DNA of 64,000 nt from Heterodontus francisci (lineage: Eukaryota). The position numbers and the translations under genes are program-made. The stretch covers positions 13,020,001-13,084,000 of the forward strand of contig NC_090415.1 of the NCBI RefSeq assembly GCF_036365525.1, read 5' to 3'. Positions 24,734 through 36,834 of this stretch are shown here, in pieces. Numbering within the stretch: position 1 is the stretch's first letter; each line of letters opens with the position of its first letter. The notes under the pieces are model-generated. The model saw only the letters and a list, made by a program, of their open reading frames with translations, was not told the origin of the DNA and made no database searches.

Positions 24734-25715
24734 GGATGTTGCCGGGACTGGAAAAAATGCAGCTATGAGGAAAGATTGAATGGTCCGTGGTTGTTCTCTG
24801 TGGCACAGAGAATGCTGAGGAGAGATCTGATTGAATTGGATAACATTTTGAGAGGCCTGGATAGAGTGTAGGTGAAGGGCCAATTTACCTTCATACAGAG
24901 GTCACTGACTAGGGGTCAAAGACTTAAAGCGTTTGGTAGAATAATTAGAGGGAAGATGAGGACAAGGTTTTTTTCCCCCTCTCATCTAGAGGATGGTGGG
25001 GGTCTGGAACTCAATGCCTGAAAGGGTAGTTGAGGCAGAAATCTTCAAATGATTCAAAAGAAGTCTGGAAATGCACCTCAAGTGCATATTCTACAGGATT
25101 ACAGACCAAATGCTGGCAGGTGGGATTAGAATGGGTGGAGAGCTTTCCGGCTGGCACAGACACGATGGTCCAAGTGGCTTCTTTCTGTGCCATAAACTTT
25201 CAATTATTTTCAGAAAAGAGAAGGCTGAGGGGGGACATGATTGAGGTATCCAAAATTATGAAGGTCATTGATAGGTTAGACAGGAATAAACTTTTTGTTT
25301 TTCCTTTGCGGAGGGATCAATAAGTAGGTAAGGGGCAGGAGGTTTAATGGAGATGTGAGGGGGAAAGAAACACTCATCATGTGGTTGGAATCTGGAACAC
25401 ACTGCCTGAATAGGTGGTAGAGGCAGGAACCCTCACAACATTTAAGAGGTATTTAGATGAGCACTTGAAACGCCATAGCATACAAGAATACGGGCCAAGT
25501 GCTGGAAAATGGGATTAGAATAGTTAGATGCTTGAAGAAATACTTGCAGGTTTATAGGTCAATTGCCCCTAGTGTAGGTAGATGGTAGGAGAATGGTGGG
25601 GATGCCGTAGGGAATATGGGATTAATGGAGGATTGGTATAAATGGGTGGTTGTTGGACGGCACAGACTCGGTGGGCCGAAGGGCCTGTTTCTGTGCTGTG
25701 TAACTCCATGACTCT
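24733..25715 (+). mobile_element. Patch of two CR1 3' fragments and a truncated V-SINE
   Basis: GGATGTTGCCGGGACTGG..AGCTATGAGGAAAGA, EKRRLRGDMIEV, and SINE tail at 25660-25715. Confidence 0.82.
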
Positions 25716-26001
25716 CTGTTTAGTTATCGCGTCATGAATTAAACGGTTGCATTTGACAATGTCCATTGACGACCTGAACTGCCGGTGAAGATGCAGGATT
25801 TATTCCCGTTAGAGTAAGCAATGACCGGAGCTTTATTCCCGCCTGAGACCCAACAAGGAATGAACCCCAATTCAAACCGTGTTGGAAGAAACGGAGGTGG
25901 AATCGAGGGCCGAAAGATGAAGCTCCAAGCAGTGAGATTTTATAATTGTTCCTGCCGAATTAGGTTTTATTTAATCTTTCAGTAGTTTGCTAATTTGAAA
26001 T

Positions 26002-26160
26002 TGGCGGGCTTTTTGAAATTGATGAAATTTCAGTTGCAGTTCAACCAATCAGGGAGCAGCAATTCCCACCGCCCTTTTCCATCCTTTCAAATTGGATGAT
26101 GGACGGGGCTTCATCCAATCACAACATTAGGGCGGTCCTTCGACTGTCTTAAATAGGCAG
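26002..26160 (+). promoter_or_regulatory. H3 promoter: CDE/CHR-like element, CCAAT boxes and TATA-like TTAAATA
   Basis: TGGCGG-GCTT-TTTGAA 26002-26017, CCAAT 26045 and 26115, ATTGG ~26090, TTAAATA ~26149. Confidence 0.7.
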
Positions 26161-26210
26161 TCCCTGAGCAGCTTCAGCATTAAACGTGACATTGTGTAAG
26201 GTCTCCGTAG

Positions 26211-26624
<414 letters not shown>

Positions 26625-26667
26625 ACTGACCCTGCCCGGAACTGAGTTCGGCATCAAATACCACATC

Positions 26668-26710
26668 GGCTCTTTTAAGAGCCACAAAATGGACAAAAGA
26701 AAGAGTTGTG
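26668..26710 (+). terminator. H3 3' stem-loop and downstream element
   Basis: GGCTCTTTTAAGAGCC 26668-26683; AAAGAGTTG at 26701. Confidence 0.94.
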
Positions 26711-26930
26711 ATCTCTTGTTCATTCCAGCACATAAACGTCTCAGAAGGTTTTGACCACATATTTACTCAAAACCGGGAAACACAAATGCGTTTGTCTGCA
26801 TTCCGAATATGGTCTGAGGCAATTTGAATGCATTTCATCTTTTGAGCAACTAAATACCAAAATCCAGTACACTTCATTCCAACACAAAACAATGATAACT
26901 GTATAATATTACAGTCTCTCAGACAGTAAC

Positions 26931-26971
26931 GAGCCCTTTCACAGATAAAGTGGGTGGCTCTGAAAAGAGCC
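26931..26971 (-). terminator. H2A 3' stem-loop and downstream element
   Basis: Minus-strand GGCTCTTTTCAGAGCC (26956-26971) then GAAAGGGCT. Confidence 0.94.
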
Positions 26972-27001
26972 TTTGGGTTCACAGATTCAAGTCAGGCCGC
27001 T

Positions 27002-27650
<649 letters not shown>

Positions 27651-28233
27651 TATTTGTAAAACAAGGGGCGGCTTCAATATAGAATATCACATTTATAGGT
27701 TATATTGTTTTACAGAAAACATTGCAAAAATATTTTCATTTTTTTATTCCACATTTTGTCCCAGATTCGCTTTTGTCATCCGCCATGTATTCTGCTTTAT
27801 TCTTTTTCATGATACAGTCTAACCAGCGGCTGAAAGACTCATTCACAGCATTTTGTAACCGGACACATTTCAGGTCAATCTTCGTAATTATACTGTCTCA
27901 CTGATTATAGATTGATCCCTTTTCGTGGGAGACAAAAGCGGAGTATAGATTTTCAGTGTCACCGGTTAGAGACTGAGGGTGCCTAAACCAACGGGGTTTC
28001 TTAATGTGCTTATTCGTAAAGATAGCCAAACTTCAACACGGCAACCAAGTAACTGAGAACATCTTTAAATCATGCGTTAAATCAGCTTTCATTTTCGAAA
28101 TATAGCAAAGGGGCCGAATGAATCTGTATTAACATGAACTGACCGGATTTAAACAGAGATTTACAACCGCCATCAAAAATTTGCAGAGTATTCGTATTAA
28201 CATAAAAAGAATTCGATAATCATGATGATGTTG

Positions 28234-28274
28234 TAGCTATTTCAGAGAAGTTGTGGGTGGCTCTTAAAAGAGCC
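28234..28274 (-). terminator. H2B 3' stem-loop and downstream element
   Basis: Minus-strand GGCTCTTTTAAGAGCC (28259-28274) then GAAATAGCT. Confidence 0.93.
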
Positions 28275-28312
28275 TTTTTTGTATATTGTGTTTTTCAGTC
28301 CATGGCGGATAT

Positions 28313-28693
28313 TTACTTGGAGCTGGTGTACTTGGTGACCGCCTTTGTACCTTCTGACACGGCGTGTTTGGCCAGCTCCCCGGGCAGCAGCAGGCGCACG
28401 GCGGTCTGGATCTCCCGGGAGCTGATGGTGCTGCGTTTGTTGTAATGGGCCAGGCGGGAAGCCTCACCCGCGATTCGCTCGAAAATATCATTCACAAACG
28501 AATTCATGATGCTCATGGCCTTGGAGGAGATGCCGGTGTCAGGGTGAACCTGCTTCATCACTTTGTACACGTAGATGGAGTAACTTTCTCTCCTGGATCT
28601 TCTACGTTTCTTGCTGCCCTTCGTTGGCGCCTTCTTCTGAGTTTTCTTGGCGCCTTTCTTGGAAGGTGCTGCTGTTTTCTTGTCATCAACCAT
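28313..28693 (-). CDS. H2B: Histone H2B, copy 1 (126 aa)
   Basis: ATG at 28693; [41 protein letters not shown]. Confidence 0.98.
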   Translation of the reverse strand: MVDDKKTAAPSKKGAKKTQKKAPTKGSKKRRRSRRESYSIYVYKVMKQVHPDTGISSKAMSIMNSFVNDIFERIAGEASRLAHYNKRSTISSREIQTAVRLLLPGELAKHAVSEGTKAVTKYTSSK

Positions 28694-28744
28694 GATCGCG
28701 ATCAACTTCAGACACAGAATAACCGAAATTTCGCTCCAAGCTCG

Positions 28745-28835
28745 CATTTTATAGACATCCCCAGAAACCTATGCTAATGCAGGATGGGAGAAGACCATGC
28801 TCATGATTGGCTGGTTTACAATGATGTCACTGCCT
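28745..28835 (-). promoter_or_regulatory. H2B proximal promoter: TATA, octamer variant, CCAAT and CRE-like site
   Basis: TATAAAA (minus) 28747-28753, ATGCTAAT 28771-28778, ATTGG ~28806, TGATGTCA 28822. Confidence 0.8.
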
Positions 28836-28841
28836 GATGTT

Positions 28842-29147
28842 GGGCGGCACAGTGGCGCAGCGGTTCGCACCGCAGCCTCTCAGCTCCAGTGACCCGAGTT
28901 CAATTCCAGGCACTGCCTGTGTGGAGTTTGCAATTTCTCCCTGTGTCTGCGTGGTTTTCCTCCAGGTGCTCCGGTTTCCTCCCACATGCTGGTTGACAGG
29001 TTAATTGGCCATTATAAAAATAGGTGGGGATGTGGTAGGAATATGGAATTAGTGAAGGATTAGTATAAATGGGTGGTTGATGGTCGGCACAGACTCGGTG
29101 GGCCGAAGGGCCTGTTTCAGTGCTGTATCTCTAAAACTAAAAGCTAA
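28842..29147 (+). mobile_element. V-SINE (HE1-like) inserted in the H2B promoter
   Basis: Full tRNA-like head, V-domain and tail; empty site at ~61551 in unit 2. Confidence 0.9.
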
Positions 29148-29789
29148 ATCTGTCTGATTGGATATCTAAAGTAACCAATCACACTTCATGCCTATCACAG
29201 CCACAAACCGACGCAGCAGTCAGATCGTCCAACCCCCTTTGCCCGCCCTTAACCATGACTTTCTCAGTCCCTCTGCCTCTTCATCCATTTCCATTTTGCT
29301 GGTACGAACACGTCTATTTTTTCACTCTGTACATATAATTTCTCGACACTTCCATTCCTTATCAGGATGTTCCGGCCTGCTGCACTTCCGTTCATCACCA
29401 GGACGGAACCGTCCAGTATAGTTGGGGTCAGACATGGGCAAGTGCAAGCATTGAAGTGCAAGTCTTTAAATCTATGTTGCGTGCCAAATAAGGTTGGTCA
29501 GCTGCAGCTACAAGTCACCACATGAAAGATTTATATAGTGGCAATTACATAATTCTGGCTGAAACTAGGCGAGGCATGGGAACTTATTATTACTGGCTAC
29601 AAATATTCAGCAAGACAGGTCTGAAAAAATATGGAGGGTTGTGGAGTGGAAAGAGTTGATCAAATATAATATGACAACACTGGCAGCGATGATGTTTTTG
29701 AGCTGTTAACAAAAGAATCTATTTGGTCATATATACGGAATATGGCAGGAGGAAATGCATGGACATTCTGGGTCGTGTCATGTTTGTCT

Positions 29790-30780
29790 TTCCCTGCAGG
29801 ACATGTGAGTGTGGGTTTCATTCTGTGCCTATCAGTATGTGATATTTAACTGTGGCTTTTACTCCGTATCTGTCAATCTATGGTCAATGATTTTGTGATT
29901 TAATTCAGTAATTTCAATCTTCAATAGGTGATTCTGTTTTTTTTTCTTTCTCTGTAACATTCAGTTTCTAAGTGGATGATTATGGGTTTTGTTCTGTACC
30001 TATGAGCTTCTACTGAGTGAGTGTGGGTTTTGTTATGCATCTGTTAATATCTGATTTTGGAGTCTGGGCATTTCTCTTTATCTGTCAATTTCTGAATTGT
30101 GAATTTGGATTTTAATCTGCACCTGTCAGTTTCTGGGATGAAAGGTTGTTTGATTTTGTCTCTGTATCTGTTAGTAAGTGGCATTTTTGTGTAGCTTTAC
30201 ACTGCACATGTTAATTGATGACATGTCAGCATTGTTTTCACTCGACATGTCAGTCTCTGGTTTGGAGGCCTCACCTGTGTTCTGTCCCCATCAGACGTCT
30301 TCATATAAGGATGGGTTTTAACCTGTTCCTTTCAATCTGTTGTATGTAAGTACTGTTTATTATCTGTATCTGTAAGTTTCTGATGAATGAATGTGGACTG
30401 TATCACGTCCCTGTCAGTGGTTCATTAAGAGATATTTTACACTGTACCTGCCTGTTCTGATATGTGAGTGTGGGTTGTGATCTACGGCTGGCCGTTTCTG
30501 GTATGAGACATGAGCATTGTTTTTACTCTGTGCATGTTAGCCTCAAGTGCAGAAGCTGGGTTTAATAGTACTGCTCACTCTCTGCTGTATGATTATGGAT
30601 TTTCATCTGGACAAGTTAATTTCTGGTACGGGCATGTGAATTTTATTCTCTATGCCAATTTATGGTATGTGATTATGTGTTCTTTCTGTTCTGTCAGTTT
30701 CTGCTGAACTGTATGGTGGATTTGCTTTCAATCTGCCAAGTTCTGCGATGTGAATGTTGGTATTACTTTGTATTTGTCAT
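29790..30780. repeat. Degenerate ~41-bp satellite block
   Basis: Same unit; unit 1 lacks ~780 bp of this block (junction near 690). Confidence 0.7.
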
Positions 30781-30789
30781 CGAGAGATA

Positions 30790-31365
30790 GAGTCATAGAG
30801 TTATACAGCACAGAAACAGGCCCTTAGACACATTGATGGCCGGCACAGGCACAATCAGTGATCTATTCTAATCCCATTTTCCAGCACTTGGCCCATAGCC
30901 TTGTATGCTATGGCCTTTCAAATGTATATCTAAATACTTCTTAAATGTTGTGTGGGGTCCTGCCTCTACCACCCCTTTCAGGTAATGTGTTCCAGATTCC
31001 AACCACCATCTGGGTAAAAATGAAATTTAAAAAAAAAATCCTCAAATCCACTCTAAACCTCCTGCTGAGGCCTCCTGCTGAGGTTAAATCATGGCTGATC
31101 TGTTTCTGACTTGAATTCCACACTCCTATCTCCTCCCAATAATCTTTGATTCCCTTGCCGAACAAGAATCTATCAAGACCTGTCTCACCAAAGCCCCGTA
31201 TAACTGAAGCATAACATCCTTAGATTAATTTTCAATTCCTGTTGTAATAAAGGATAACTTTCCAATTGCCTTTGTGATTTGCCATACCTGCATACTAACT
31301 TTTTGTGACTCAAGCACAAGAACACCTGGATCCCTCTGCACCTCAGAATTCTGCAGTCATTCTCC
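30790..31365 (-). mobile_element. CR1 3' fragments
   Basis: Tail orthologous to 840-1095, followed by pieces of another CR1. Confidence 0.75.
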
Positions 31366-31367
31366 GC

Positions 31368-31556
31368 AGATACTCAGCAGGCCTGCCAGCATCTGTGGAG
31401 ACAGAAACAGAGATAACCATTCAGGTCAATGGTCTTTCATCAGAAAGGTCCGTTCTGATCGAAGGTCATTGACCTGAAATGTTAACTCACTTTCTCTCTC
31501 TACAGGTGCTGCCAGACTTGCAGATTATTTCCAGCATTTTCTGTTTTTATTTCCAC
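31368..31556. mobile_element. Head-to-head Penelope-terminus palindrome (orthologue of 5537-5776)
   Basis: TTCAGGTCAATGGTCTTTCATCAGAA-AGGTCCG-TTCTGATCGAAGGTCATTGACCTGAA. Confidence 0.7.
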
Positions 31557-32334
31557 TGTACATCGTATATTCTGGCAAATGAATGTGGGATTAATCTTTA
31601 ACCTTTGGTTTCTGATATGCAAATGTGGATTTTACCTAGCATGTTGTCAGTTACTGCAATGCAAATATCTGTTTTATTCTGTAACATTTTGTTTGTGGTA
31701 ATTGATTGTGGGTTTTACTCTGTATCTGCCACTCTCTGTAATGTGAATGTGGCTTTTGTCTGTGCATGATTTGTGAGTATGTGTTTTACTTTCCCTGTAT
31801 GTTTCTCAATGTGGATTTTGCTATGTACCTCAGTTACTTTATGTGTATATGTTGTATTCTGTTTCTGTGCATGTATGGTGAGTGTAACATTTCCCCTGTA
31901 TCTATCAGAATCACTCTTGTGAGGATGGTCATTATTCTGTACATGTTGGTTTATGGTAGTGCTTGATTTACACTTTTACGGTCACTCTCTGATATGCTAC
32001 TATACAGTTTACTCTGCACTTGTCAGATTCTGCTATGTGATATTGTCTTTTATCTATCTGTCTGTGTCTGGTATCCTATTGCAAGTTTTACAGTACACCC
32101 ATCAGCTTCTGGTATTTAAGTATGAGGTTCACATTGTATCTTTCATCTTGTTGTGTGTGAATCTGCTTCTGCCTTGAACTGACAGTTTCTACTCTGTGAG
32201 TGTACATTTGAAGGGTGCTTGTGAATTTCTGCTAAATAGATGATAGTTTTACTCTGTGCATGTCAGTCACTGCAATGGGAAGTTGGGATTCATGCTGTAT
32301 CTGCCATTTGATTTATTGATCTATTCTGGTTTTT

Positions 32335-33372
32335 GGCTGGCCCATAGAAGACAGAGGGTGGTAGTAGATGGAAAGTATTCAGCATGGAGCTCGGTGACCA
32401 GTGGTGTTCCGCAGGGATCTGTTCTGGGACCTCTGCTCTTTGTGATTTTTATAAATGATATGGATGAGGAAGTGGAAGGCTGGGTTAGCAAGTTGCTGAT
32501 GACACGAAGATTGCTGGAGTTGTGGATAGTGTGGAAGGCTGTTGTAGGTTGCAACGGGACATTGACAGGATGCAGAGCTGGGCTGAGAAGTGGCAGATGG
32601 AGTTCAACCTGGAAAAGTGTGAAGTGATTCATTTTGGAAGGTCGAATTTGAATGCAGAATACAGGCTTAAAGACAGGATTCTTGGTAGTGCGGAGTAACA
32701 GAGGGATCTTGGGGTCCATGTCCATAGATCGCTCAAAGTTGCCACCCAAGTTGATAAGGGTTGTTAAAAGGCGTACGGTGTGTTGGCTTTCATTAACAGG
32801 GGGATTGAGTTTAAGAGCCGCGAGGTTATGCTGCAGCTCTATAAAGCCCTGGTTAGACCACACTTGGAATATTGTGTTCAGTTCTGGTCGCCTCATTATA
32901 GGAAGGATGTGGAAGCTTTAGAGAGGGTGCAGAAGAGATTTACCAGGATGCTGCCTGGACTGGAGGGCATGTCTTACGAAGAAAGGTTGAGGGAGCTAGG
33001 GCTTTTCTCATTGGAGCGAAGAAGGATGAGAGGTGACTTGATAGAGGGGTAGAAGATGATGAGAGGTATAGATAGAGTGGATAGCCAGAGACTTTTTCCC
33101 AGGGTGGAAAGGGCTATCACAAGGGGGCATAATTTTAAGGTGATTGGAGGAATGTTTCGGAGAGATGTCAGAGGTAGGGTCTTTACACAGAGAGTGGTGG
33201 GTGCGTGGAATGCACTGCCAGTGGTGGTAGTAGAAGCAGATACATTAGGAACATTTAAGCGACTCTTGGATAGGTACATGGATGATAGTAGAAAGAAGGG
33301 TATGCAGGTAGTTTGATCTTAGAGTAGGTTAAAGGTTCGGCACAACATCATGGGCCGAAGGGCCTGTACTGT
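32335..33372 (+). mobile_element. Relatively well preserved CR1 LINE 3' portion
   Basis: [42 protein letters not shown], and tail. Confidence 0.92.
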
Positions 33373-33721
33373 TTAGTTTAGTTTAGAGATACAGCACTGA
33401 AACAGGCCCTTCGGCCCACCGAGTCTGTGCCGACCATCAACCACCCATTTATACTAATCCTACACTAATCCCATATTCCTACCACATCCCCACCTGTCCC
33501 TATATTTCCCTACCACCTACCTATACTAGGGGCAATTTATAATGGCCAATTAACCTATCAACCTGCAAGCCTTTCTTTAGCTGTGGGAGGAAACCAGAGC
33601 ACCCGGAGGAAACCCACGCAGACACAGGGAGAACTTGCAAACTCCACACAGGCAGTACCCAGAATTGAACCTGGGTCGCTGGAGCTGTGAGGCTGCGGAG
33701 CTAACCACTGCGCCACTGTGC
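33372..33721 (-). mobile_element. V-SINE (HE1-like), full length, inserted in a CR1 tail
   Basis: Complete head, V-domain and (TAAAC)n tail. Confidence 0.9.
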
Positions 33722-33734
33722 TGTACTGTTCTAT

Positions 33735-35277
33735 ACCCCGTATCCTGAGACTGTGACCTCTGGTTCTGGACTCCCCAGCCATCGGGAACATCCTCCCTGC
33801 ATTCAGCATGAATCCTGTTAGAATTTTATTGGTTTCTGTGAGATCCCCTCTCATTCTTCTAAACTAAAGTAAATGTCGGCCTACTTGACCCAATCTCTCC
33901 TCCGACATCAATCCTGCCATCCCAGGAACCAAGGCGAGAACAAAATTCCGAAGATAAATAGACCAAAACTACACACAATACGGTGGCACAGTGGTTAGCA
34001 CCACAGCCTCACAGCTCCAGCGACATGGGTTTGGTTCTGGGTACTGCTTGTGCGGAGTTTGCAAGTTCTTCCTGTGACCATGTGGGTTTCCGCTGGGTGC
34101 TCTGATTTACTCCCACAGCCAAAGACTTGCAGGTTGATAGGTAAATTGGCCATTGTAAATTGCCCCGAGTATAGGTTGGTGGAAGGGAAGGTGGTTAGAG
34201 GTAGGGAATATGGGATTAATGTAGGATTAGTATAAATAGGTGATTGTTGGTCAGATGGGGTTAATGTAGGATTAGTATAAAAATGGGTGGTTGTTGGTCA
34301 GCACAGACTCGGTTGCCCAAAGGGCCTGGTTCAGTGCTGTATCACTCTATGACTCTAAATACTCCAGATGAGTCTCACCAATGCCTTGTATAACTGCAGT
34401 AAGACATCTGTGCTCCTGTACTCAAATCCTCTTGCAATGAAGGCCAACATACCATTTTCCTTCCTAATTGCTTGCTGCACCTGAATGCTTGCTTTCAGCG
34501 ACTGGTGTACAAGGACACCCAGGTCTCGTTGCACCTCCCCCTTTCCTTATCTATCACTATTCAGATAATAATCTGTTTTACTGTTTTAAAACCAAAGTGG
34601 ATAAATTCACTTTTATCCAATTTATATTTCATCTGCCACGCAATTGCCGACTCACCCAACTTGTCCAAATCACATTGGAGCCTTTTGCATCCTCCTCACA
34701 GCTCACAATCCGCCCCCCCCCCAAACCCCACCCCCAGCTCTGTGTCATCTGCAAACCTGGAAATGTTACATTTACTTCCCTCACCCAAGTCTCTAAGATA
34801 TATTGTGAATAGCTGGGGCTCAAGCACAGTTTCCTGCAGTACCCCACTGGACCCTGCCTGCCACCCAGAAATATCCCCATTTATTCCTACTCTGTTTCCT
34901 GTCTGTCAACTAATTCCCAATCCCTGCCAGTATATTACCCCCAATCCCATGTGCTTTAATTTTGCACACTAACCTCTTATGTGGGACCTTGTCAAAAGCC
35001 TTCTGAAAATCCAAATGCACCACATCCACTAGTTCTCCATTATCGAGTCTGCTAGTTACATCCTCAAAAAACTCCTGTGGATTTGTTAAGCATGACTTCT
35101 CTTTTGTAAAACTATCACATCCTTTATAATAGACTCCAGCATTTTCCCCACCACTGATGTAAGGTTCTGTCTGTAATTCCTTTTTTTCTCTCCCTCCTTG
35201 TTTTAAATAGTGAGGTTACATTTTCCACCCTCCAATCTGTACGAACTGCTCCAGAGTCTGCAGAATTTTGGAATATC
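33735..35277 (-). mobile_element. Decayed CR1 LINE interrupted by a plus-strand V-SINE (33982-34356)
   Basis: MRGDLTETNKILTG, DWRVENVTSLFK and RT remnants. Confidence 0.82.
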
Positions 35278-35279
35278 CG

Positions 35280-36400
35280 GTACTTCATATGTATCTCAGG
35301 CATTGTGGTGACAACTCTTTGTTTCACACGTTAATGTATCAATATGTGTTTACTTGTGTTTAATTTAAAATATGGATTAACAATGTTTTATTGCTGTAGG
35401 TTTTATTCAATTCTTGTTTGTGAGTTGTAGCTTTTTATCCAATTTGTATCTCTGCAAAAGCAATTGTGAATGACAATCTTTCAATTTTAGAGTATGACCT
35501 GACATGTAATGTTAAATTCCATCGGTTTGTAGTAAATGAACAAATCCTGTATGTTTTTGTCTGACCCTTAGTGACATGTTTACACTGATGTGTAATTTGT
35601 AGCTCAGTTTATATTGTGGGGTATGTTATTGGGATTCATTCTGTAGCTTTCAATCAGGTACATTTTGTCTGTTCTGTTTAAGATTTGGTATTTGAATTGT
35701 AGCCAAGGCGACACAGTGTATTTAAATCAGATAATGTGTGTGTTTTTAGACTGTGATTCATGTATCTACCAGTCAGTTGGAGAGAAATAGAAACAAATAC
35801 TATCTCTATGCTCTGTTTGACTATTGGATTGATAATGTGTCTCTTTGGGATCAGTGTGGGTCTGACTACTTCTTTTGTTTGTTCCAGTGGAAATGATGAC
35901 CTGACCGTGTCACTGTACTTTGTGACTGATACTGTACCTAATATGTGTTGGAACGAGCTGGAGGTACTTTTCCATCTATTGATGAGTCATGACTTTCGTT
36001 CTGGTTCCTTTGAGTGTTTGCCTGGCAGATAAAAAAGGTAACTCTTACACTTGAAGAACAGGTGAGTGAGAAGACACAATAGTGATTAATGTAATATTTT
36101 CAATAATAATCATTCTGAGCAATCACAAAAGGAAAGTTCACACATAAGCAGTGTCAGTGTCTGAGTCCACTGCAGTACTGCAGCACTCTGCTTCTGTTTC
36201 CCAGGTACTTGGAGCAGTTTTACCGCAATTTTGTGACATTCAGAAACAACCCATGCCCAGCACTGCTCAATGACTCGGACGACTCAATGGAGAAGTGACA
36301 TTTGCACAAGCCAGAGTTCTATTTCCATGTCAAATTGTTCAATGGTCAAGAAGTAATAACTGTTTAAAAAAGTGTCCTTAATTTCCTCTTGATCCTGCAA
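35280..36400. repeat. Internal duplication in unit 2, copy 1 (contains the conserved module)
   Basis: Colinear with 40945-42030; module also related to 10780-11310 and 15760-16290. Confidence 0.85.
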
Positions 36401-36464
36401 TAGACAGTCTTGGAAAGTCTGCCATGTCTTGATTATTCAGCCATTTTTTTTCCGCCATTCATAG

Positions 36465-36689
36465 TCAGGTACAGTTCCAAACAGGCCCTTCAGCCCATCG
36501 AGTCCATGTTGACCATCAACCACCCATTTATACCAATCTATATTTATCCCATTTTTCCCTCTAATGTCCCCACTATTTTCCTACAACATACCTACACCAG
36601 GGGCATTTTTTTTTTTTACAAATGGCTAATTTACCCATCAACTTGCAAGTCATTGGCATGTGGAAGGAAACCAGAGCACCCAGCGGAAA
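36465..36689 (-). mobile_element. V-SINE fragment
   Basis: Tail plus part of the V-domain. Confidence 0.75.
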
Positions 36690-36834
36690 TTCTGTCTCTC
36701 TCTCCCTGTCCAGACAGTGCCCGAGAAAGACCTCTCCCTTTCACCTGGATCACTCCATGTTCCGGGTCCAGTTCCTGCTTCACAGTGCATATTACAAACA
36801 GTCCCCCAGTCCCGCTGAATTAGCAATAGTAGAC

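Noticed and set aside
35888-36066. Plus-strand exon (TTCCAG| ... CAG|GTGAGT) in the conserved module
   Set aside because: Neither site is kept in the close paralogue at 41525-41710.
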